Shown here: positions 36,250 to 46,464 of the stretch, piece by piece
How the letters are laid out: every line of letters starts with the position of its first letter
Numbering within the stretch: the first letter of the stretch is position 1
Virus record (IMG/VR): IMGVR_UViG_3300032242_002041
Span: 164,287 to 228,286 of that record
Strand: one strand, 5' to 3'
Length of the DNA: 64,000 bases
The notes under the pieces: model-generated
Told to the model about the DNA's origin: nothing
Database searches by the model: none
Seen by the model: only the letters and a program-made list of their open reading frames with translations
Position numbers and translations under genes: made by a program

Positions 36250-39200
36250 TCTTTGTGTTTCCTTTTCTGTCCTCTACGCATATTTAACTGCCAACGTGCC
36301 AGTTGTCCTTTACGACCTTTGGCATGACTCGCTTTTTCTAATTCAGCCATTGTAGCACCTTTGGGGATGCCGTGACGAACGCTATCGCCTGGACGACCAG
36401 GTCCTTTGCCGTCGGCAAAATTTTCTTGTAATCCTCTGACTGACATATTGTGTCCAGTGCTACGTTCTAGTTCGTTGGCACGAGCATCAGCCTGCGACCA
36501 AGGCACGTTATCCATTCTGCTGATCTCGCGTCCTAAGGTAACATCGTATATTGCCCAAGTGCCTACTCTATTGGTAGCATCCGCGGGTTGGTCAAAGTTC
36601 TGTGCCACATCTGGCTCAACATCCTTGACTGCTGTTTCTTGCTTGCGTGGTCTATAACCATAGTCGTGAGTGTCGTTTGGCAAACCCTTCATTGTCAGCC
36701 ATTTATCAAACGTTGCATCTGCTTCTTGTTTGTCAGCGGCATAGAACCGGTCCACTACACGTAGATTTACATCGCCAAGATTTACAATTTCGTAGTTGTA
36801 GTCTGTGGGCTTTTTGGTTTGAGTAATGCGCTTGGCTAACTTGGCACGTGGTGTCATAGTTGCTGGATCTTCCCAAGGGCGAACCTGGAAGCCAATGCCT
36901 TGATCCACATACTTGTCGTAGACCTGATCAGCCACTTCGCCTTTGCTCTTGCCCTTGACTATTTCCAGCGTCTTGCCAGTGTTGACATCATACACTTCCC
37001 AGTCTTGCTCACCCATGTTGACCAGCTGATATTCACCAGAGTCCAAGGCTTCACGACCATACTTGGCCCATACTCGGTTTTTAACTTCACTTTCGGGGTA
37101 ACCATTCCACTCGGCACCAGGAACTGGTTCCCACCGACCGTTGACGTTTTGATACAGTCTAAAACGCTGATTCATTTTCTTTTCTTTACCGATGGTCTTT
37201 TCGGCCCATTGTTTCTTGAGTTGTTCTGCGGTGAGTTCACCCGCGGCATATTGACTGAACAGAGCTAGTTCACTGTCGCCTTCGGGCGCTACTAACTTGT
37301 ACAACTTCTTGGCATACTCTCTGCGTTCTTCAGCAGGGTTAGCCGCCAAACTCATAGCACGGGCAAAACGCAACATGGTTGTTTGTAATTTTTCCGGATC
37401 AGCTGACTCTTCTGCTAACCAATCACCACCTGGCGATCTAAATTCAATATAGCCTTTTTGTATGTGGGCACTGGTGTACTTGCCATCGCCTACCCCTTTT
37501 TGTATTTCTTTGTGTGCTAGTTCAATCAAGCCACTCTGCATGAGTTTGATCGCACCCATAGGATCAGCACGACCGCCTTTGATGTTTTCACGGAACTTGC
37601 TCATGGCACTCTTGGTGTAGGTATTGGCTTCGCGACCAAATGACCGTAACACATACTCGTCACCCAAGAACAGGATTAATTTCAAGTAGTCAACATCGCC
37701 ACCTTTGAATGGCACACTAACGCCCATGTGCAGGCCAGTTGAGCTGTTGGTATAGGCATTACCTTCTTGAGGATTATTGGCCCAGTCACATACTTGTTGT
37801 AGTTTTTCTAATGCTGTCAACAGGGGCATAGGAGGACTTACAATTTCCAACCCAAAATCTTCACGATCATCGGGTTCTAAACTGGTATCAGGTTCTACAA
37901 TAAACTGTCCTTCTCGGCGAGTAGCTTGGTGATAACCGCTACTTACTTTAACCGGCATGTCAACGGCACTGTTCAAACTGTCACCAATTTCATCCCAATC
38001 ACGACTTCCGTCATTGCCACCGCCACCGGTCATGTAAGGCCAGTCTAAGTCATATGAATTGGCCACATCACTCATCCAGCGTAGACCCACATCATCAAAG
38101 AATCCTGAATCGTCATCAATTTGATAATTGTCGCGGAAATCATCCAGTGCGGCATCCCAGTTGGCACCTTCCTTACGTACTTCATCTGCTATTAAATCAT
38201 CCAACAAGCCTTCGGCTTCGTTTTGTGCATCCAGGTATTTGTCGTAAAGTGGGTTGGCTTCAGCATACAAGATCTGTTCTTTACTGCTTGTGAACTTAGG
38301 TGCCCGTTCGCCCGCTTGTATAATGTCATTCATTTCATCGTCGGTTAAATCCAACAACTCCAACTGTTTTTGTATTTCGTTGTCAAGATCCCAATCGCCT
38401 TCATCTACTAGAACTTTACGAATCAAGTCCTCGGCTTCTTCTCTAAAGTCTTTGTGCATTTGCTCGTCATACCACTCATAATACTGTTCGTCAAGTCCTT
38501 CTTGTAAGGCACGCTCTTGTCTAGGACTTAAATTTCCGTAGTCGCCACCACTAAAAAAGTCTATGATATCTTGGATGCTACGACAACGTTCGTCCTGATC
38601 ATAGTCAGGTTCCATTTCGTAGTCACTGTCGCCGTTGTTGCTGGTGTCACGGAAGATTAACTCTGCTTCAAACCCAGCACGTATACCCTGGGCTTCTGGA
38701 CTCCGTGCCCACTGCATTAGATTGCTTGGACTCATACGTACTTCGTCTAGTTGCTCAACTGATTCGGCTACCTTTGTTTTTTTGAACTGTGATAATTCTA
38801 AGGCTAATTTTTCAAACAGGCCATTAGGATTAGCAATCTGCGGTTGTCCTTGACTGTTGGTTTTTAATTTTAATTTGTTAGCTTCTTTGCCAACTTGACC
38901 TGGCTTGATATCTTGTGTAAGCGCCATTGAATAGCGTGGATCTCGGGCCTGTTTCCGTGTAGGGATGTATCCCGATGCTGACTCCTCTACACCTTGCTTG
39001 GCACGTTGCTTGGCACGTTTGGCACGTTGTAAGTAGTATTTTTTTAATTCTAAATCTTTTGGTGTAGCAGTTCTGATCAGATCTAAATGTTGATCCACTG
39101 GAACTTTTTCAACTTCTATTGGTTTAAGTTCGGTTACGCTGGGCACGGAAGTAAACTCTCTGTCATTGCCGCCGGGCTCAAACAAAGGACGACCATTGGC

Positions 39201-40652
39201 ATCATACCTTGGTAACTTGTGTAGGTAAACCATTTGACCGTGTCTAATTTTGCCGCTGAATAAAACCAATTGCGGATCATTGGGAAATCCAGCAGTATCA
39301 GACCCTCGTTCTGTAAGGCCCATTGCTATAGCAAAATTTTTGTCGGCTGTGGCATAAATGGCTTTTTTATTACTCTTAGGATTGCCGCCGGTGTCTTCTG
39401 CCTGTTGTGGCGTCAGTACTGGAATCTCGTTTCTAGATCCGTGCCATAGATATTCTTGTGACGCACTTTCTTTAACTTCATCAGCGTGTAAGCCTTGGGC
39501 TTGCCCTACAGCAAAGTAGTCCGGGTGTAGTCTAGCATAGTCGCGCATTAAGATACCAGCACGGGCATTGGCTTCATTTTCCCATGGTGATCCTGTTTCT
39601 CCAGCTGTTGGTCCCATACGTTGACCATCGCGTTCGTGTTGATGCTTGTGTGTAAGTTCGTGTGCCACAGTGCGCAACACATCCATGATGTGACGATGGC
39701 CCCAGGCTACTTCAAGCAAGTGTTGATTGTTGATGTAACGGCCAAAAGTTTTGTTACGCACAGACCATTCAGGATCTTTGCGTAATTTAATTGTGGGCAT
39801 CTGCTTGAGTTTTAATTCTTTAAAACAAAAGTCAATAAAATCTTTTAGTATCTCTTCGTCTGAGGGAACAGGGTCTGGTTCCGTTACGGCTTCAACTATC
39901 TCTGGAGTTCGAAATCCATACTTTACAGGAGTCTTAACTACAGTTTTTTCTTTTAAACTGAGTTCCTGATCTTTGGCTGCGTTACGAGCATCATATAATT
40001 CTTTAATCTTGCCTTGACTACGTAACATTTTAAATGCCAAATTTTCTGGTCCAAATTCGCCGTGTTGTTCAAGTCCAGTTTGGCGCATCTTTTTAATCTT
40101 TTCAGCCATACAGGTCATCTGTTTTAAGTTGCCTGATTTGATAGCACGTTCAATTTGGTGCCCTACTGACTCAAATTTGTTTCGAGTGCTGGTATCGTCT
40201 ACCACTGACTTGACACGACGCGGAACTTGAATCCAGTCATTGTTTAAGATACTGTAAATGCCTTGACTAATATGCGGAGCATCGGCATCTTGAACATATA
40301 GTTCAACATCGTATCCACCAATTGTAATATTGTGTTGTTCGTTATACTGAAACTTTTTAGCATCAAACAGTTCACGATAAACTTCGTTATCGGGCATTTT
40401 AACTACTAGGTGTAGATCGATGTCTGAATTGGGTGTGTATGTGTAAGCGGCATTGCTACCACTAATAGTTATGTCTTTGAGGTCAAGGTCTGTAACGCCC
40501 AGAAACTCGCGAAAATCTTCAGCTATTAACAATAGCTGTGCTTTAACTTCTGGCTTTAAATGCTCAGTAGAATCCCATAATCTAGGATTTAATCGATTAT
40601 TAAATTTGACGGCATCGTCAAGGTTATAGGCGTCTAATTCAAGAATATTCAT
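36246..40652 (-). CDS. multi-enzyme polyprotein: Pol-beta nucleotidyltransferase + HExxH metallopeptidase + ADP-ribosyltransferase-like + amidoligase
   Basis: GSNAAY..SDIDLH; AHELTH..WENEA; WHGS..IYAT..E; GFEAE..DTSL..EIVSP..TGLHM..IEFR; start 40652 just after TAAATA. Confidence 0.8.
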   Translation of the reverse strand: MNILELDAYNLDDAVKFNNRLNPRLWDSTEHLKPEVKAQLLLIAEDFREFLGVTDLDLKDITISGSNAAYTYTPNSDIDLHLVVKMPDNEVYRELFDAKKFQYNEQHNITIGGYDVELYVQDADAPHISQGIYSILNNDWIQVPRRVKSVVDDTSTRNKFESVGHQIERAIKSGNLKQMTCMAEKIKKMRQTGLEQHGEFGPENLAFKMLRSQGKIKELYDARNAAKDQELSLKEKTVVKTPVKYGFRTPEIVEAVTEPDPVPSDEEILKDFIDFCFKELKLKQMPTIKLRKDPEWSVRNKTFGRYINNQHLLEVAWGHRHIMDVLRTVAHELTHKHQHERDGQRMGPTAGETGSPWENEANARAGILMRDYARLHPDYFAVGQAQGLHADEVKESASQEYLWHGSRNEIPVLTPQQAEDTGGNPKSNKKAIYATADKNFAIAMGLTERGSDTAGFPNDPQLVLFSGKIRHGQMVYLHKLPRYDANGRPLFEPGGNDREFTSVPSVTELKPIEVEKVPVDQHLDLIRTATPKDLELKKYYLQRAKRAKQRAKQGVEESASGYIPTRKQARDPRYSMALTQDIKPGQVGKEANKLKLKTNSQGQPQIANPNGLFEKLALELSQFKKTKVAESVEQLDEVRMSPSNLMQWARSPEAQGIRAGFEAELIFRDTSNNGDSDYEMEPDYDQDERCRSIQDIIDFFSGGDYGNLSPRQERALQEGLDEQYYEWYDEQMHKDFREEAEDLIRKVLVDEGDWDLDNEIQKQLELLDLTDDEMNDIIQAGERAPKFTSSKEQILYAEANPLYDKYLDAQNEAEGLLDDLIADEVRKEGANWDAALDDFRDNYQIDDDSGFFDDVGLRWMSDVANSYDLDWPYMTGGGGNDGSRDWDEIGDSLNSAVDMPVKVSSGYHQATRREGQFIVEPDTSLEPDDREDFGLEIVSPPMPLLTALEKLQQVCDWANNPQEGNAYTNSSTGLHMGVSVPFKGGDVDYLKLILFLGDEYVLRSFGREANTYTKSAMSKFRENIKGGRADPMGAIKLMQSGLIELAHKEIQKGVGDGKYTSAHIQKGYIEFRSPGGDWLAEESADPEKLQTTMLRFARAMSLAANPAEERREYAKKLYKLVAPEGDSELALFSQYAAGELTAEQLKKQWAEKTIGKEKKMNQRFRLYQNVNGRWEPVPGAEWNGYPESEVKNRVWAKYGREALDSGEYQLVNMGEQDWEVYDVNTGKTLEIVKGKSKGEVADQVYDKYVDQGIGFQVRPWEDPATMTPRAKLAKRITQTKKPTDYNYEIVNLGDVNLRVVDRFYAADKQEADATFDKWLTMKGLPNDTHDYGYRPRKQETAVKDVEPDVAQNFDQPADATNRVGTWAIYDVTLGREISRMDNVPWSQADARANELERSTGHNMSVRGLQENFADGKGPGRPGDSVRHGIPKGATMAELEKASHAKGRKGQLARWQLNMRRGQKRKHKE

Positions 40653-40669
40653 GATAGTATTTACCGGGC

Positions 40670-40696
40670 AAACAAAAGCCGCTTTGATAGCGGCTT
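40670..40696 (-). terminator. rho-independent terminator
   Basis: AAGCCGCT/AGCGGCTT stem followed by a U-rich tract on the minus strand. Confidence 0.7.
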
Positions 40697-40718
40697 GTGT
40701 CATTTAAACAAAAACAGT

Positions 40719-41621
40719 TTATTTTTTCTTTTTCTTGCTGGATGATGCCAGTACTTTAGCTTCAACCGGCTTGGGTGCTACATCAACAGGTGCAGCAACA
40801 CCTGTAGGACCACCTAGTGCTACATTATTGTTTAATGCCAGAGTATGCAGATCTTTGTAGAGTTGATCTTGTGTTTGAAAGTCAAATACATAGGTTCCTG
40901 TGTGCTTGAGTAGGACACGCTTGTCAACCCACACTTTACCTCCTAGATCACGCCAGTTTTCACAGAAAGTCCAGTCTTCGCTATAGTAGCGGTTCTCACG
41001 AACTGCTGTATCAAAGTAGGTTTTCATAAACGGATTTAATTCAGGCGGCAGGCCAATGTCATTTAAAAACGGCTTGGTAGCAGGATGAGCATTGAGTTTT
41101 TCAAATACATCACGTTTGATCAACATAAATCCTGTGCCAGTTTTGCTAACTTCTTGCAGACCATCTGGGCCTTCTTCGGCTCCTTCAAAACCATTGACAC
41201 ACCACTTGACTGGCAGGCTTTTCATTGGGTATAAACCACCAATAACGTCCACGTCACGATTTAACATGACCAGCAGGTGCCATGGCTCCCAACCAATGTC
41301 AGCATCAATAAACATCAGGTGTGTGGATTCTTTGTTGTACAGGAACTTGGCTGTGAGTGTGTTACGAGCACGGCTAATCAATGACTCATTGGTCATGGTT
41401 TCCATGGTCCAATCAATGCCCAATTGACGGCAAGTATTGGCCCATTTGATATAGCTCATAAAACAACTTTCTGTTAGCATACCACCATAGCAGGGCATAC
41501 AAATATGAACTCGAGTAGTTTTTAAATAATCAACGTTAACTTGAATTTGTTGTTGTCCTGGCTGTAGGGCCGGCGCTTGTGGTGTTTCTGTTGTTGGTAC
41601 TGCGTCTTTGGTTTCAGCCAT
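40719..41621 (-). CDS. GT-A fold glycosyltransferase-like protein
   Basis: PCYGG, ESLISRARN, THLMFIDADI, GTGFMLIKR, SEDWTFC. Confidence 0.75.
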   Translation of the reverse strand: MAETKDAVPTTETPQAPALQPGQQQIQVNVDYLKTTRVHICMPCYGGMLTESCFMSYIKWANTCRQLGIDWTMETMTNESLISRARNTLTAKFLYNKESTHLMFIDADIGWEPWHLLVMLNRDVDVIGGLYPMKSLPVKWCVNGFEGAEEGPDGLQEVSKTGTGFMLIKRDVFEKLNAHPATKPFLNDIGLPPELNPFMKTYFDTAVRENRYYSEDWTFCENWRDLGGKVWVDKRVLLKHTGTYVFDFQTQDQLYKDLHTLALNNNVALGGPTGVAAPVDVAPKPVEAKVLASSSKKKKK

Positions 41622-41671
41622 GATTTCCTCTAGTAAAGTGTCTGATATTTACTAGAGTTTAACACACCTGG

Positions 41672-42484
41672 TTATTTTTTCCTAGGCCTACATTCGTCAA
41701 TATAGTCTTGACTGTCACGTAAAATTTGAATTTGTTCTCGCAGATATTGGATATTTTTTTGTAATTTTGCCATACGATTTTCGCGCATAACTGTCACAGG
41801 TTGATCACCGGCAAATACCTTTTCCTGCCCATAAATTACAGCATCTTGAGGCTCATTAACACCCAAACGTTGATCAAAAATATCTTTTAATTCTGGATCT
41901 GGAGCACCATACAAATCAGTAATGATTTGATTACGATCGTTTTCATTGCCATCAACATACATTTTTCTCACAGTGCTGGCAGAATCTGCATCTTGACCCA
42001 GGACTTTAAATGGAATAGTATCCACAACATCTACATAGGCTGTGCCATCGGAAATAGGCTTGCAATCTTTTAAATTTTTAGGCAGGGGTTGTGGGTTAGC
42101 TGGACTTCCGTCCCGCTTGGGAGCAAAGCTAAATCTAGGACGTTGAATAACTTTGCCATCAGCATCTTTAATTAACTGTTGATCTTTTGCTCCCACAGCA
42201 AAAATTAATACAGTATTTTCTGGATCTGGAATATTGGTATATTCTGTAATATGATAAGGATTAACTACTTTGACAATGTCGCTGGCCGGAACGCCCATTT
42301 TGGTTAACATGGTAACTTTGTCACTGTAGCTAAATGGACTGCTTGCTCCGTCTTGTTTTTCAGTTGTAGCAATTTTGACACGCCCGCCCAGTGGAGTGTA
42401 TTTCTTGACAAGATAGTCATAAACACCTTTATGACCTCGGTGGAATAGATGGAATCTGCCTGGATATATTACAAGATAGTTCAT
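41672..42484 (-). CDS. cytidylyltransferase/HxGH nucleotidyltransferase-like protein
   Basis: PGRFHLFHRGH, SPF, SASTVR. Confidence 0.7.
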   Translation of the reverse strand: MNYLVIYPGRFHLFHRGHKGVYDYLVKKYTPLGGRVKIATTEKQDGASSPFSYSDKVTMLTKMGVPASDIVKVVNPYHITEYTNIPDPENTVLIFAVGAKDQQLIKDADGKVIQRPRFSFAPKRDGSPANPQPLPKNLKDCKPISDGTAYVDVVDTIPFKVLGQDADSASTVRKMYVDGNENDRNQIITDLYGAPDPELKDIFDQRLGVNEPQDAVIYGQEKVFAGDQPVTVMRENRMAKLQKNIQYLREQIQILRDSQDYIDECRPRKK

Positions 42485-42500
42485 TGTAACATATTTATGG

Positions 42501-42938
42501 TTACATGTGCTCTAAGAGCCAGAGATAAACAGGGGTAGAAAATTTAAGACTAACTGTGCCATTACATCCCATTTCTCCATAGAATTTACTTTGGGTTTCT
42601 GGGCCAGTGCTATTGAACCGGTGCGTATAAACAGCCTGTTCTACAAGTGTATGACCCAGGGCTATTTCGTCAAATGTCAAGTTTGAAATGGTTAATGTAG
42701 CATCTGCAATAATATCGCCGGCTGCGTTGATTTTAGTATGATCCGTGGTTTTATTTTTCATTACAAATCGTAATTCGTGGTCAGCTTCGTCCTCGACAAG
42801 TTCTATAAAAATTTTCTCTGCAGACGCCACATGGTTGGTGTCAAAATGTTTTTGATCATCAACCCAGACTTCTAAACCCAGTGCCGCAGAGGCATCGGTA
42901 GTATCAACATGACACGAAATTACTATATTGTTTGTCAT
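42501..42938 (-). CDS. hypothetical beta-rich protein
   Basis: Operon ORF ending FSTPVYLWLLEHM. Confidence 0.7.
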   Translation of the reverse strand: MTNNIVISCHVDTTDASAALGLEVWVDDQKHFDTNHVASAEKIFIELVEDEADHELRFVMKNKTTDHTKINAAGDIIADATLTISNLTFDEIALGHTLVEQAVYTHRFNSTGPETQSKFYGEMGCNGTVSLKFSTPVYLWLLEHM

Positions 42939-43298
42939 TTAATACGAAGCGTTGACGATGTTTACGTTGCCGGCAACAAAATCAGTTACAGTTGCTCGTA
43001 ACCAAGTAAAATTACCAACAACTGTGTTGCTACGAACTTCTGACTGGTTGTTGGCTTCTAGTCGTGCTATTTCAAACCAAGGTGCTGATTCTTGAAGATC
43101 ATTTAGCGTAGCCTCAATGGTAATATTTCCTTGCAGAGCATCTACATCATACAAGATAGTTTGAATAGCACCTTGCCCACCGTAGTAGTTGGCTGCCGGG
43201 ACTGCATTACCTATATAGGTGTTACCACCATCGTAATAGGCTGACGGGTCGCCCCATTGTAAAAAGGGCACTAGCGTTTGTGTGGTGTATGAGTTCAT
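42939..43298 (-). CDS. hypothetical structural protein
   Basis: Beta-rich, GNFTWLRA motif. Confidence 0.65.
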   Translation of the reverse strand: MNSYTTQTLVPFLQWGDPSAYYDGGNTYIGNAVPAANYYGGQGAIQTILYDVDALQGNITIEATLNDLQESAPWFEIARLEANNQSEVRSNTVVGNFTWLRATVTDFVAGNVNIVNASY

Positions 43299-43462
43299 GC
43301 TAATGTAAGTTCAACTAGCGTATTATCACCGGCTAGTGCTTCTACTACACTGACAACTTCAGCTATGTTTTCTGAGCTTAACGGAAGACGGTCAATTTCT
43401 GTAGAATTTGGAACCATTTTGCTAACGGTAATTACAAAGGTTTGTTCGATTAATTTTGCCAT
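43295..43462 (-). CDS. hypothetical protein (55 aa, not in ORF track)
   Basis: MAKLIEQTFVITVSKMVPN...LVELTLA; TAAATA at 43470-43475; ATGA overlap downstream. Confidence 0.65.
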   Translation of the reverse strand: MAKLIEQTFVITVSKMVPNSTEIDRLPLSSENIAEVVSVVEALAGDNTLVELTLA

Positions 43463-43468
43463 AGTGTA

Positions 43469-44179
43469 TTATTTAGTCGGGATTATCTGCATAGTTTTTC
43501 TTATAAGGCCAGGGCGAACTAAACCGAGCATGGTTAACCACAGCATTTCGTTGTGATCAACAAAAAAGTAATCTTGGGTCCTATTAAACGGCCCTACTAT
43601 CCATGCGTTGAGCGCAGGGCTTACCCTAACAGTCTGTTGATTTAATAAAAATCCCGTTAGATGAGTCTTTTGTTCCGCGGTCAATTTGACTATTTTAAAA
43701 TAACTACGAAATTGGTGTTGAGGGTTTTTTAGTTGTATAGTATTTGGAGGACGATTAATATCTGCTCGACTGTAACTGTTACTTTCTACTCCATTGAGTT
43801 GATCTACCCGATCAATTAAAGTTAAATCGTTGGTGTAAAGGTATCCTTGGTTGGCACTTACTACTAGTTTAAAATCTACAGGTGCAGTTAACAACAGCGT
43901 TGCCAAGGTGTGTAAGTTATCAACCGTTTGGTCGGTAATTTCTTTTCTTCGCTGTCCTAGTATATGTTGACGGCCTAATACTTGTCCGGTCTTGTGCCAT
44001 CGTTGCATGGCTATGCTACGCCACTCTCGGCGACGTTCAATCGTTCGATCAATTTCGTCATGACCAAGGTCGCGCAAAGCACTGGCTTCATCCATTGTGA
44101 AACTTAGCACGTATTCAAATCGATTATGAAACAATCGATCTTTGACAACCGATTTAAATTGTTGGATCGCTTTGGTCAA
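43469..44179 (-). CDS. hypothetical protein
   Basis: 236-aa ORF downstream of clpA. Confidence 0.7.
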   Translation of the reverse strand: MTKAIQQFKSVVKDRLFHNRFEYVLSFTMDEASALRDLGHDEIDRTIERRREWRSIAMQRWHKTGQVLGRQHILGQRRKEITDQTVDNLHTLATLLLTAPVDFKLVVSANQGYLYTNDLTLIDRVDQLNGVESNSYSRADINRPPNTIQLKNPQHQFRSYFKIVKLTAEQKTHLTGFLLNQQTVRVSPALNAWIVGPFNRTQDYFFVDHNEMLWLTMLGLVRPGLIRKTMQIIPTK

Positions 44180-46430
44180 GAACTATATATCCATTTTCAT
44201 CGACTACAGGAGCCAGCATAGGAGGCTCGATTATAAAATCAATTCGATCATCAACCATGATAGCTGAAATATTGCAGTTTTCTAATCGATCAAACAAGAT
44301 CTTCTTACTCAACGGCACACGAATTAACTCGTCAATCTTACGACCTAAGGGACGAGCACCCATCTTATTGTCATAGCCCTTATCGGCTAACATATCAATA
44401 ACAGATTCCGTTAAGTTTAGCTTAATGTTCTTGTTCATTAGGCTATCTTTAAGTTCATCTACAAATTTAACAACAACTTTCTTGATAGCCAAGGTATCTA
44501 ACTTGTTAAACTTGCACACACAGTCGATACGATTGCGTAGCTCAGGCTTGAAGAACTCTTTCATGGCTTTGTCTTCACTACCGGTCTTTTCTAATGCCTG
44601 ACCGAAGCCAATGTTGTTTGACTCGTTATCACGAGCACCCAAGTTTGATGTCATGATAATGATGCAGTTCTTAAGATCTACTGTTTTACCATTGCTCGAT
44701 GTAATACGAGCTTCGTCTAACATTTGTAACATAATGTTAACAACGTCGGGGTGAGCCTTTTCAATTTCGTCAAACAACAAGATACTAAATGGATTCTTAC
44801 TAACATCACTAATTAACTTGCCGCCGCCTAGGTTACCATCTTCAAAGCCTACGTAGCCTGGAGGCGCACCAATCAAGCCCGAAACTGTATGACGTTCTTG
44901 ATACTCACTCATATCGTATTTTAACAACTTCATATCTAAGTGTTCGCCTAGCAACTTGGCTAGTTCTGTTTTGCCTGTGCCTGTTGGTCCAAGGAATAAA
45001 AAGCTGGCAATAGGACGTTTGTTGTTGCCAATGCCGGAGAAATTAATGTAGACACGTTCTAAGACACGATCTACAGCCGCATCTTGTCCGTAGAGCTTTT
45101 GTTTGATGTTACTTTCCAGTTCAACAATCTTGGTTGAACGTTCGTTTTCAAGTCGATCTAAGGGAACATCAGTTACCCGACTTAGTTGTTCCATAATCAT
45201 TTCTTTGGTAATGGTTACATTGCCCAAGTCCTTGACACGTTCCTTAGCACAAGCACCGTCCAACAGATCAATTGACTTGTCTGGATTCTTACGATCATGA
45301 ATGTAACGGCCACTTAATTCAACTGCGGCTGTAATAGCATCAGTATCAATCATGACATTATGAAACTGTTCCAAACGTGGGCTAAGTCCAATAAGAATCT
45401 GTTCTGTTGTTTCTGCATTGGGCTCATCGATGCTCACACGATGGAAGCGACGCATTAAGGCGCGGTCTTTTTCAAACGACTCGTAGTATTCTTCCCAAGT
45501 AGTACTAGCAATTACTTTTAAACTGCCCTTGGTAATACTTGGCTTTAACATGTTGGCCATGTCCAAGCTACTTTGACTGCTGGCACCAGCACCTTTCATG
45601 GTATGCGCTTCATCAACAAACAAGATACAATTCTTTTTAGTTTCTAGAGCAGTAATAACTGCTTTGAACTTTTCTTCAAACTCACCGCGATACTTTGATC
45701 CAGCTAGTAATGAGCCCACTTCCAATGACCATAGTTCGTGTCCTTTAAGGAATTCTGGTACATGACCAGCGGTCATTTCCTGTGCTAGTCCTTCTACAAT
45801 AGCAGTCTTGCCTACACCGGGGTCGCCAACCATTAACACGTTGGCCTTGAACTTGCGAGCCAACACAGTAATCATTTCATCGAGCTCTGCACTACGGCCA
45901 ATCATGGGTTCAAGACGATCTTCACGGGCTAGCTTGGTAAGCTCAACACAGTGTTCTGTTAATATTTCTGTGGCCTGTTGATCCGTGAGCTTGACATCAC
46001 TTTGTTTGTAATGAGCGTTGTAAAATTCTACAAATTCAGTTTTCTTCATACCATACTTGAGTAGGAAGTAATGAGCGTGACTGTTGTTCTCAGCCATCAT
46101 GGCCAAGTATAAATCTACAGTACTAATAGTTCTGCGACCAGTAAACAAGACCTGAGTCAGTGCGCGATTAAACACACGTTCTAGAGCATTGGTTTTTTTA
46201 GGTTGCACATCTTTGTCAGTGACTAGTGCTGCCAAATTATTTAGATAGGTGTTTAATTCCATATCTAGCAAATTTACGTCAACACCAAATTTTTCCATGA
46301 CACGATGAAAAGGTTCGTGTCTAATTAGGCTCAATAGTACATGTTCAGTTAATACGTATTCGTGATGGCGATCACGTGCTAATTTAACTGCACCGTCAAC
46401 TATTTGTTCAATTTCTGGATTATTTTGCAT
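44154..46430 (-). CDS. clpA: ATP-dependent Clp protease ATP-binding subunit
   Basis: Clp N-domain, GDPGVGKT and GPTGTGKT Walker A motifs, no M-domain, IGF loop. Confidence 0.92.
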   Translation of the reverse strand: MQNNPEIEQIVDGAVKLARDRHHEYVLTEHVLLSLIRHEPFHRVMEKFGVDVNLLDMELNTYLNNLAALVTDKDVQPKKTNALERVFNRALTQVLFTGRRTISTVDLYLAMMAENNSHAHYFLLKYGMKKTEFVEFYNAHYKQSDVKLTDQQATEILTEHCVELTKLAREDRLEPMIGRSAELDEMITVLARKFKANVLMVGDPGVGKTAIVEGLAQEMTAGHVPEFLKGHELWSLEVGSLLAGSKYRGEFEEKFKAVITALETKKNCILFVDEAHTMKGAGASSQSSLDMANMLKPSITKGSLKVIASTTWEEYYESFEKDRALMRRFHRVSIDEPNAETTEQILIGLSPRLEQFHNVMIDTDAITAAVELSGRYIHDRKNPDKSIDLLDGACAKERVKDLGNVTITKEMIMEQLSRVTDVPLDRLENERSTKIVELESNIKQKLYGQDAAVDRVLERVYINFSGIGNNKRPIASFLFLGPTGTGKTELAKLLGEHLDMKLLKYDMSEYQERHTVSGLIGAPPGYVGFEDGNLGGGKLISDVSKNPFSILLFDEIEKAHPDVVNIMLQMLDEARITSSNGKTVDLKNCIIIMTSNLGARDNESNNIGFGQALEKTGSEDKAMKEFFKPELRNRIDCVCKFNKLDTLAIKKVVVKFVDELKDSLMNKNIKLNLTESVIDMLADKGYDNKMGARPLGRKIDELIRVPLSKKILFDRLENCNISAIMVDDRIDFIIEPPMLAPVVDENGYIVLDQSDPTI

Positions 46431-46464
46431 GAATACCTTTTTATGTAAATGTGGCCTATGCTAC

